A stretch of 64,000 nt of DNA from a virus. Lineage: Duplodnaviria; Caudoviricetes. Location of the stretch: positions 16,898 to 80,897 of the IMG/VR virus record IMGVR_UViG_3300027994_000006; one strand, written 5' to 3'. The first letter of the stretch is position 1. Each line of letters starts with the position of its first letter. Below, in pieces: positions 8,511 to 19,500 of this stretch. The position numbers and the translations under genes were made by a program. The notes under the pieces are model-generated. The model had not been told where the DNA came from. It did not search any database and saw only the letters and a list, made by a program, of their open reading frames with translations.

Positions 8511-10424
8511 TTAGATAACTTTCATTATTGTACCTATTGCAGTCATATATAAATTTCCAGGTATTAATCCTCCTGCAATTGCAGAAGAACTATCTGGATA
8601 ATAAGGTAGATTTGAATATATAGAGCTATTAATGGAGGCTAGATTTGCAGTTACACTAATGCCGCTTAATGAAGGTTGTTTAATATTTAGGAAGTAACTA
8701 TTTTCCACCCCAACTTCTCTGATAGGCGAACTGCCATTTTCATTGTATAAATCAGATATAATAGTTTCTGTTTTTACAAAATTTGAATTACTTATGTTAA
8801 TGACTTTAGCATTATTAGTATTTAGACTTAGAATTTTATTAAATCTTGCGTGATAAATATTTCCTTTATTAATGATAAGATTTGATCCTTGATAAGAACT
8901 ATTATCGACGTATCTTATAAACGAATCATTACCTCCAAAGCCAGATGTTTCTTCATCTGATTTTATTTCTTGAATATTTACAAAAGAATTGATAATTTCT
9001 AACCTGTGAATTCCAGATTTTGGGTTTTTATTTGTGGTATTATCTAAGGAAAGATAATATGAGTTATGTTCAAGACTTAAAACATCAAAAGATATTGCAG
9101 AATTTTCTATTTTTAAAAATGTCTGACTTGATCCCTTTACTTTAAAATAACCCGAAATATTAAATGAACCCACTCCTGAGTTATTTATACCATGCATATA
9201 AACTGTAGAAGAAGTATTTGATATAGCTGTTGTTTGTTGGTAGACAGGTGAACCAAATAAGATTACTGGTGATCCTGCATTTATTAATGGGTTATAAACA
9301 CCACTGTCATTTATTTGATAGGAACCATCAATAGTGAAATTAGTGAAATTGTGCTCCGTGGAAAAATCACTGTTTTGAAAAACTTCAAAATCTGCAATAC
9401 TTTTAACTGTTTCACTATAAATAGTGATGTTATTAAAGGTTAAATATACTTCACCTATAAAACTTGTTGATATTGCTTTTTGTTTAAGAAATGCTGTTGA
9501 TACGGGACTTACTGATGCTGAAATAGCCGTACCTTGATAATTAATTGTATAATTGGATTCTGAAGTAATATTTGCAGTATTTACAGAAATCGTATTTTCA
9601 AGTAAGGGTACAGCATCTAGATCAGCTTGGGTTACTGTCACATTTGATTGTAGTTTTATTTTTGCGTTTTTATATTGAGGGTTAATAACGCTTCCATTTC
9701 CTATTACAGCTTTTAAAGCATTCGTAAATTTGGAATAAGGTTTAGATATAGAACCATTCCCTGTATATGGATAGTTCTCATTCACATCAAACTGTTTGAG
9801 ATTTTCATCAGCACCCTGAATAATTTCTCCACGTAAAACAGCTTTTCCATCCTCTATTTTTCTTTGGAAATTAATAGTGTCCGATACAATAGGTAGTAAC
9901 TTTATTTTTTTATCAGTAGAGTCTAATCCGTCATAGATAGGAACACCTACGTCAGAAGAACTTTTACCATCAACTACAGGATAATCCACTGTAGGGATGA
10001 TTGGATCTTTCATTTTTCGTTTAACGCCTTCTTCATCAACAACTATTAATTCATAATAATACTCAGGCGTGTCACCTGGAACTGTCGTTGCTAAGATGTA
10101 GATTGAATCAGGTGTTACAGCCTGATCTTCGTTAGTTATAACTTTTATTCCTTCCCCTTTAGGAAAATGAATCTTTACAAAGTTATCGTCACAATTACAA
10201 GGTTCATCGTCGCCATTCTCCGGATCTACACCGCCATCAAATTGCCCCATTGTTTTCCAGCAACCTAATAGCGTATCACATATAAGTTCTCCGCCAAAGA
10301 CAATATCCTTGATAAAATCTTCCACCAAAACAACCGTCATACATTCGCCACGAATTAGCATTATATAATCCGTTATCTCGGCATTTTTGACGGCATTCTT
10401 TATCAGTTCTTTTGTACTTGACAT
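8511..10424 (-). CDS. Tail protein with probable beta-helix spike region
   Basis: GNGSISKPYSKF...A motif common at the start of beta-helical spikes; Asn/Ser/Ile-rich C-terminus; ends AGGLIPGNLYMT. Confidence 0.6.
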   Translation of the reverse strand: MSSTKELIKNAVKNAEITDYIMLIRGECMTVVLVEDFIKDIVFGGELICDTLLGCWKTMGQFDGGVDPENGDDEPCNCDDNFVKIHFPKGEGIKVITNEDQAVTPDSIYILATTVPGDTPEYYYELIVVDEEGVKRKMKDPIIPTVDYPVVDGKSSSDVGVPIYDGLDSTDKKIKLLPIVSDTINFQRKIEDGKAVLRGEIIQGADENLKQFDVNENYPYTGNGSISKPYSKFTNALKAVIGNGSVINPQYKNAKIKLQSNVTVTQADLDAVPLLENTISVNTANITSESNYTINYQGTAISASVSPVSTAFLKQKAISTSFIGEVYLTFNNITIYSETVKSIADFEVFQNSDFSTEHNFTNFTIDGSYQINDSGVYNPLINAGSPVILFGSPVYQQTTAISNTSSTVYMHGINNSGVGSFNISGYFKVKGSSQTFLKIENSAISFDVLSLEHNSYYLSLDNTTNKNPKSGIHRLEIINSFVNIQEIKSDEETSGFGGNDSFIRYVDNSSYQGSNLIINKGNIYHARFNKILSLNTNNAKVINISNSNFVKTETIISDLYNENGSSPIREVGVENSYFLNIKQPSLSGISVTANLASINSSIYSNLPYYPDSSSAIAGGLIPGNLYMTAIGTIMKVI

Positions 10425-10441
10425 TTCATCTCTGTTTTAGA

Positions 10442-10481
10442 CAAATGTAAAGTCGAGTAGTGCGATTGCCTTTTTTGCTTA
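10442..10481 (-). promoter_or_regulatory. Late-class promoter TAAGCAAAA-N23-TACATTTG
   Basis: Directly upstream of the 10424 start; identical spacing to sister sites. Confidence 0.75.
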
Positions 10482-10495
10482 TTTAGGCGACAAAT

Positions 10496-10517
10496 AAAAA
10501 ACCACTCGTTTGAGTGG
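10496..10517 (-). terminator. Intrinsic terminator after the giant protein
   Basis: CCACTC-AAAC-GAGTGG followed by TTTTT on the minus strand. Confidence 0.7.
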
Positions 10518-10524
10518 CTTGGTT

Positions 10525-13500
10525 TTAATTATTTGGTTGTTGTATTTTGTAATTCTGCATCAGCGACATCCAGACATTGTCTGAAAGTACCTTATTCATC
10601 ATCAATGATTGCATTGCTTTCGGATCTTTTATGAATTCCTTTCCGTACATCCTTATGATAGCTTCAGCTTGAGCATTAGCACTTTGATGTGTTTCATATT
10701 TTATATAAAAAATCTTCGGATCACTTTTACCATTAGTCTGAATATCTACATATTTATCAATAACTTTTTTTGCAAGCTCAGCTTTTTTAATTGGTGATAT
10801 GTTTTTATTATTAATCAGTTTACCTATTTCTAATCCAACAGAAGTTTGTTGAGATAAAATAGGATCTTTGAATTTTAAAATAATTTTATCAGCTTCAAAA
10901 TCAATTAATTCCTCTTGGGAAGCTATTTTATTAACTGCTTTTCGGTCATCATTAGTTAGCTGACTACTTAATCTTCCAAAGTCAGAAGTTTCTGCAGTTA
11001 ATCTTTTTTCAAAACCTCCGGAAATAGTTTGTACAAATCCCTTCTTTTCATTGAATCCAGAGTCATAACCAACCATTTTATCAATACTTCCATATGTCAT
11101 TGCTATAAATGGATTGGTATCTGGCGAAGTAATCATAGCCTCAATTGCAGCTTTGGTTCTGATTGGCGACATTCCAGTTTCTTGTCCCCAAGCTTTATAG
11201 AAATCTTCAACTTTTTTATTTTTATAACCTTCGTTTTGTAGAGTGCTTTTATTTATTGAACCATCAAGTTGTTCATCTCTAAAGAAATCATAACCACTTG
11301 CATAGGTTGCTAATGCCTTTATGATTGGATTTTTAGTCGCAATCTTTGTCGGATCTGAAATTCCAAACGGGTCAACATTCGCTGAAAATGCTTCTCGAAA
11401 TTCATCAAACGCATATCCAATGCCTTTTGTTTTTCTGCCAACCTTTGCACGGATAATATCATCAAAAATATTGCTCGCCAAAGTAAAGAATGGTGTCAAT
11501 GGTTGGGTTACTGCAATCTTGTAAGTTGTATATTCTCTATCTTCATTTTTCTTTCCATTTATAAATTGGATATAACCTCGTTTTTGGAAAGGACTCAACC
11601 CATCTTTTATATCAAGGTAAATTTCATCGGCACTTCTTTCGTCGTCATCATCTTTAAAAGCTGAAATCAAAGCCATAGAAATAGCATAACCTAAAGAAGC
11701 TGTTGCTGTTGCGCCTTGTAAGAATCTCGCCGTTGTCGCATAAGGTCTTTCCCTCACACTATCTACGGCCACACGTGTTCCCTGTGTCGCTGCATTAATA
11801 TAGGGAATAACTGATTCTAAAGCCTTCACCGATCTACCGCCTTGATTAAAATCCATTACCTTTCTTGCGCTTACAACGGCTTGCGTGTAAACATTATCTT
11901 GCGTTTCTTGATCAAGGTCTGATATGCTTTTAGCACTAAAAGCTTTCAACTGATTCTGAATGGAACGATCAAAAACTGCTACACGGAACATTGTCTCACT
12001 ATATTGTGAAAGCGATTTCAACGTAGCGATATCAAACCATTTTCCGGCAGTATTTTTTGTCTTGTTGTTAATGCCATCACCTTTATTTACAAGTCTTAAT
12101 CCCCAATCTGCCAATCTTGCTAATATTGGAGATTCACCCTGTGCATTTAGGAAATCCATTCCACCGCCATATTCAAGATACTTGGAAAGAAGATTATCTT
12201 TCTCAGTATTATTATACTTGAAAATCTCTCCAATAGCTTTTGTAGAATCTTTCGCTAACTGAATTAATGATAATGGTGCGATGTTACTATATTCCTCAGA
12301 GAACAACATTACAGAAGCGAAATCTCGTGGCGTGTTTACCAAGGCAAATCCTGGATTTCTCCCCGTTGCCATCATTTTTGTAACGGCCGAACCTGAAACT
12401 ACTGATATTGCTTCCTTCACATCACTATCAGCAAACTTTTTCATCGTATCGTGCCATTGATCATAGAAATCATCCCGCATAAAAAATTCTTTTCTAATCC
12501 CATTTTCAAAATAATAAGCTCGCTTCCAACCTTTCGATGGTAATTCTTCATTCAGAAACTTTGGTTTCCCGGAAGGTGTTAATCCTACCATAGGATTTTC
12601 CTTTACCATTGTCTGCAACTCGGCAAAATATTTTAAGAATCTCTTGTCCTCAGAAGTTAATTCACTTGCTACTTTGGATTTCAAAGTTTCATATTTTGTT
12701 TTGGCTTGTGGGAAATCTTTGTTGATGAAAGTAGAATTTACATTATTCATAAAGAATGATTTGGTTCTGCCTCCAACTGCGGTTGCCAAAAGCAATTGTG
12801 CATCATCCATCAAAATTCCCATAGATCCTTCTTCCAAAGATCGTATTTGGTCTTTCGATAAACCTGTAGAATCTCCAAATTTTTCTCCGGATAGCGGTCG
12901 TACAGAAATCAACTTTCCATCATTATCATATTCCATATCAAAAAGATGCTCCATAAACTGTCTTGGCTGATAATCGACATCGGCCATACTATCATATTGT
13001 TCTTGGTTGATGATGCCGTTCTTTTTCATATCCGACAACAATCCTTTGAACTCTGCAAAATAGTCATCTGCCTTTTTATTCAACTTATCAAATGTAGGTT
13101 TACCGATTTCCAGTTCCATTTGCTTTAAAGCATTTTGTGCTGTGTATTGGTTGGAATTATCCGGATGATTGACGGGTTCTAATCCTCTTGATTCACGATT
13201 TTGGTCAACAGAAACAATTCTTCTTTGCTGTACAATTGCATTGAAGTTATCTCTGTCTTTATTGGTCATATCCGCAAAGATTTTATCGTAGATTTTTTCC
13301 CATCTCGCCTTTGCGCTGGCAGATGCACCACCGTAAGAAATCATTCTGTTATAAGTCGCTTTTGCATTGATGTTTTTAAGGATCGTTTTTGGAAGATATT
13401 GTCTGTCCGAAACCTCTCTTATAAATCCTCGTTTGATATTTTGGATAACTTCTTTTAGTTTAGGAAATTTGTACAAAGCGTCTTTAACTTGCTGTTGTCT

Positions 13501-16500
13501 CTCTTTTACTTTTTTATAAGCGTTGTCATCTGGTTTAGTTTTACTCACTTCACGGTCATAGACTTTTCTCGCTAAATCTTTTGCACGAGGCGATTCGTAT
13601 TTTTTAGGATTGATGTCATAGATTTCCTGCAAAGTTTTTCCATCAGCAAATCCATCTTTTACTTCCTGCGTGATTTTCTCAGTATATTTCACATCATTTT
13701 CCAATTGCTTTTGATATTCGTAAGCATTGGTTTTATTGTAAAGTTCTATGAAATTATCCAAAGCTTTTTGAGTATTATTAGCATTTAGGATATTGGCCGT
13801 CGCTTTGATAAGTCGATTAGCTTCTGATGGTGTGAGGCTTCTTTTTATCTTATCCGATGTTATCAAATTCACAATATCATTATAAGCCTGCTTCTGTATA
13901 TTTCTTATTTTCGCAATTCTTTCCCGGCTTTCGGCTTTGGATCCAAATTTTATTTTTTGAATTTCTTCAACGTACTTAGCTTTTATCTCAGCAATTTTTT
14001 CTTTAGCAACTTGCTTTAAATCTTTGATAGCTTCTTTGCTGGATTCTTTTTCTTTCGCTAATTTTACCTTATCTATTTCCTTTGCCAATTCCGTTCTGGA
14101 TTGTTCGTTTTGAATAAGAGTTGCTACAATATTATTCTCGGAGAAAAGATTTTGAGTATTAATTTCCTGTTTCTTAGCTGCGGATAAATTTTTGTACCAG
14201 TTGCTTTCTTTCAGTTTATTTACGCCAGATTCTAATCCATTTGTCTGGATTTCTTCAATAACCTCATTTATAGTTTTTGCGGGAATTAGATTGTTTGAAT
14301 TTACAATATTGTAATTGATGCTAGTATTTCCGTCAGCATTCACTTCCGCAGCAATCGCCTTGCCTCCCAACAAATCACCAACTACACTCTCTGTAAATAC
14401 TTTTAAAGTAGTTTCTGGATTCGCTTTGATGTTAAAATAGTTTCCAATTCGTGAGAAAACATTCTTAATCCAGTCGGACAACTCTTTCATTTTCCCTCTT
14501 GGATTGTTGTTTCTCCATTCCCCGTAGTTTCCTATGTGGGTGTTAAGTGCTTCACTCCATATTTGTTCATATGATAGAGTAGAGTAGTTGCCGTCGGATT
14601 TCAGTTGGGTGTAGAGTTCTTTTCCTGTTTTTGTATTTTGGAATAAGGCGACACCTTTCTTCCACGCATTCGGCATTACTTGCTCCCAAAGGTGCGAGAA
14701 CTCGTGAATAGCAGTATTGGCGTTTAGCTTTTCTGGATTGATGTAGATTGTGCCATCAGGAAGTTTTGCACCGTAGATTTCTCCATTGACGGTACGCATA
14801 AATTGTACATCTTGTTCTGAAGATGCTTCATTTACCTTTTGTTGTCTGTCACCTTCAATCTTTTTATCATACTGATAAACTGCTAAACCTCTTTTATTTA
14901 GTTCACTTAAAAATTTATCGCTAATACCTTTTGGAACAACTGCCGCTTTAAACTCTCTTAATGCAACTGCTCTTTGTGGTTTTGCTTCAAAATATTCTGT
15001 TGGTGCGTTTTTGAGTTTTAAAATGTACTCTTTTATTGTATTTAATTGTTCTTCAGAAAGATTTTCGAATGTTTCATTAAGAGCATTTTTTTTGCCTCCT
15101 GCAAATTCTCCAATTGATGCTGCTGCCTCATCAAAATAACTAAAAGAATTTTTGTCGTATCTATAATTGTCTTTAATATTTACAAGTAAATCTGATAGTT
15201 CATCTTGTGTTTCGTCTTTAAGGTTTTCAATTTCTTTTTTTGAAACAATTTTATTTCTATCTTTTTTAATATCTTCCAAGTTTTTAAACTGCTTAGATGC
15301 ACTAGCTCTAATATTACCTGCTCCGTAAGTAAAATTCTCTCCGTTTTTTATTTTTCCTTTTAGAATTTTTACGACATTTTCTAGATTATGAGGAATGTAT
15401 TTTCGGTAGCCAGATGGAGTATAGCCATTAAATATTTTATCTTCAATATTATATTTAGCTGTTTTCTCTTCTACCCAATCTTGCAGTGCCTGTTCTGCTC
15501 CATCCGTATTATAAAAATATTCGCTAGCCCCATTCCCATATTTAGAATCTGGAAATTTAATATTATTATCTACCATGTAAGCTGTCATAATTTGACTGCT
15601 TCGCATTTCATTTAGTGCATCTTCTACATCTAAATAAGTGAATTTTGATTTTTCATCTTGGTTAGCTAAATCAAGTATTTCTTTTTCAAATTTTGTTTGA
15701 TCTGAAATTGATTTAAAACTTTTTTCAGAACGTGGATATCTTGGTGAATATACATCTGTATCAAAAACTTTATTAGTTGGCTGTTTAGGATCTGCTAGAT
15801 ATGTATCTCCAATTAGGGTTATTTCACCAAAAGAAGTGAGTGGATTATTTGCACTTGTAATAGCTAAACTTGGTACAGGTAGCCCTCCTATATTAAGAGC
15901 ATTTGCTAATCCTCTTTCAGATATGTTATGTATAACAATTAACGGTTTCGGATTTTGTATTTGAAACTGAGAATCAAAATTAACATTTAGTCCCAAAGCT
16001 TTCGCCTTAGTAGAAAACGCATTCCAATCCGTAGTAATATTCAGATTTTTAAATGCTTTGGCGAATGGTTTTTTAAGTTGTTCTATTAAGGCATCAAATG
16101 CCTGTTTGGTTATTTGGGCATATCGCTCGTTTGTTTGTTGCCTTTGGACTGTTCCGTTTGTGCCTGTTTTATTTCCAGCATTCGGATTGCTTTCTCTTTG
16201 TCCGTTAGATGGTTCGGTTGCAGTTTCGTCCCCATTTTCTTCATCTGATCTATTATATTCATATTCTGATATTTGTTGTTCTAAAGGTAAGGAATTAAAC
16301 GAACTGTCATATTCAATAACTAATTTATTTCTTTCTACATTATCAAGTCTTTCATATTCCGCTAAAGCTTTTTGTTTTTGAGATTCCGTAGATTCTATTG
16401 TTTTGGCGACGGATGGATTTAGTTTATCCAAAAGATATTTCGAAGGCCTTTCACCAGTCAGTTTAATAAATTTCGCTTCTGCTTTGGTGTACGTCGGATT

Positions 16501-19500
16501 ATTTGGTCGTTCAGCTTTTGTTGGGTCGCCAGGAAACTCCATTATAAAATCAACAATATCCTGCGGAGTAATCGCCTCTGATGAATAATCCTGATTGAAC
16601 ATTTCTGAAGCTTCCTGAGCAATGACATCAATACCTTTTCCTCCTTTCTGTGGTGGAAAGTAAGTTCGGGCAATTGGATCTGTAATATTATTCACATCAC
16701 CAAATCTGATAAAACTATCACGGTTTACATTCTTGCCAATGACTTGTGCAATAACCCATTTTTTTGAGCCTACAACATCACCTTTATCAAACTTCGGTGT
16801 AGTCATCAGAACCTGAGCAATCTCTTTTGGATTTTCAGATTTTTCCAAAACTTCTGCAGTATAATCTGCTTCGGTCATTCCATCTTGAATTTCTACTTTT
16901 GATTCTGGATATTCTTTTTGATTGATGACTTCGGCAACATATTCTGCTTTTGTCTTATAGCTTTTAGGATTTACTTCTTTTCCGTTTTTATCTAAGAGTT
17001 GGAAAGTTGTATTTCCTGATTGATCTTTATTTTCTTGGATGTTATATTTTCCATTTGATGATGGAATTTTTACCGCATCAGTGTTATTTGTTACCGCATC
17101 ATTTCCTTTACTTGTGTCGGTGTTAACGGCTGTAGATATTCCTTCTGTATTAGTTTTCCCTTGCTGTTGAGTTTCTGATAACCTTTCAGTCCCAAGTTGA
17201 GCGTTTCCATCATTAATAGGATTATTTCTCGTTGTTTCGGTGTTGCCATTTTGTAATAATTTTAGTTTCTCTAAATTATTTTTAGTTAATTCTTCCTCAC
17301 TAATTTCAGTTTCCGGAGTAGGGTTTGGCGCATCATTTACTGCATCATTTACGGTATTTGTAGGATTTAAGATTCGATTAAAATAATTATCTGTGAAATT
17401 TTTACCGTCTGCCTTTTGATCGGGTGCAGGCGATAATTTAATGCCTTGTTTTGTTAAGTGATCGTACATTGCAGAAGCAAGTCCTTTTCTTCTGTACTCC
17501 GGCTGAACGCTGGTAGATTCCGAAGAAATAGTACCGTCTTTTTTCTGAGTGAAATTAGACATCCCAATTACCTTATCCCCATCCTGAACAGTAACCATTA
17601 TACCGTTGGCTGGGTCTTTTCCATACTGATTAATAGTATAGTTTTTACCTTCTTTATCTGTGTAGGTTGAGTTTTCTAAATTTTGGGAATTCGGTTGCGT
17701 TTCTGCAACATTAGTTTCGGCTTGAACTGCTTCTGATTCCTGTGGGGATTGTGGATTTTCTTCATTTGTAGATGTGGTTTCGGTTGTAATTAAATCTTCT
17801 CCGATTTTTGCGTTAAGATCATATTTTTTATTCTTTGTATTTTCTAAACCTGATTTTAAAATATCATCGACGCTTTTGTTCACTTCATCAAGTTGAGCTT
17901 GTATGACACCGTTTACGGCAGAATCACCATTTTCTTTTATTTTTTCTTTTAGTGCTTCTGCCTGCTGTAATTTTATTACAACATCTGCCGTCTGCGAAAC
18001 GCTTAAAGAAACACCATCTGGAATTTGACTGGTGTATTTTTCAACTTCTTTAATTTGATTAAGCATTGTTCCGGCCTTTTCAAATGTGTAACCTATCAAT
18101 GATTGGTCTGATAAGTCATAAAGCATTTTTTTAGCTTCCGGAATCTGCGAGGCAACGATTGCTTTTTCCAGATTATTCATTCCGGATGTTCTTATTTTCC
18201 CTCTGCCTAGAGCGTTGAAGGCATTAAGTATAAATGTATAGCCACTCGTCTGCTCTCCGATTGCGAAATAATCATCAATAGAACTCGCTGTAAATTTATC
18301 CTTACCATCATTATCTTTTTCGTTGATAGAATTGAATCCTTCATTTACAACATCCTGTACTACTTGTTCAGAGAATTCCTGTGTATTTTCGCCAATAGCA
18401 GTTTTTGCATATTTTTTTAGAAAGTCAGTAACGATCAATCTTCCTTCCTCTATTTTATTCTGAGAAAGAAGTTTAAAAAGACTCTTATTTGTTGAGCTGT
18501 ATTCTTTAAAGAAAATATTATCGGGACTTACTCTTGTCATTAAACCAGTAGCAGCACTTTGGAAAACAGTATATGCAAATGCTTGTGTAGGCGACAAACC
18601 AGCTTCTTGCGCTGTCTGCATATTTTGTCTTGCAGTAATGTAAGACCACGCTAAGGCAGATGATTTATTGTAAGATTGCGCCGCTTCAGCACCATTATAC
18701 AATGCTTTGGTAAGAATATTTTCTTTACCTAATGTTTGCGCCGATTTATTACCCCATCCCAAAAGTTTTGATGAAGTGCCTGCTTTTACAACATTTGCTA
18801 TTCCGTCTGCCGCCATCATAGTAGCAGTCATATTAACTATGGTTCCGGAAATGGAAGCAATATTTCTATCCTGATAAGTTTCTGTTTTTTTTAATCCGGA
18901 TATTCCATCATAAGTTAGTTTCTCATTGAGTTTTAAATCTCCACTTTTATCCTTATCATAAACAAAACCAAATCTCTCTTCGTATTCTTTTCCTGTTTTC
19001 TCATCTTTGTAAACATTCACCGTGTCGCTCCATCCTGACTGCAAGACATTGAAAGGATTTTGTACTTCAGCGTTTATAGTTTCGTTGAGTTGTGTTGTTG
19101 TTTTTGATATAGGCGATGCCAAGGCAAAAGGTGCAAGTACAACATCGGCCGCTACTTTAAAAATTCCTGTACCAATAGCTTTTGAAGTATAAGAAATCGT
19201 ATCTGTGAATTCAGAATTTTCGTAACCTGCATATTCTCTTGCGGCATCCATCTTTTTTTTCTCAGTAACATCAAAATCTTGGTTAATAGAAATCTCATCT
19301 TGATTTACTTTTTTAAAAAGCGCAATCTCTTCATTTATTTTTGCAATGGAAGTATTATTTCTAAGTTCACGCAATCTTTGTAATTCTGCTACATCTTTCT
19401 TTTTTACAGCATCATTGATAAGAATTTTATTACTCTCATCCCTATTTTTTAAAACAACACTATAATCTGAAAGATTCTGTTTTTTCCAATTAAAAAAGTC

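Noticed and set aside
5465-10424. Diversity-generating retroelement or invertible shufflon acting on the tail fibres
   Set aside because: No reverse transcriptase, no duplicated template/variable repeat, and no inverted repeats flanking fibre 3' ends were seen.
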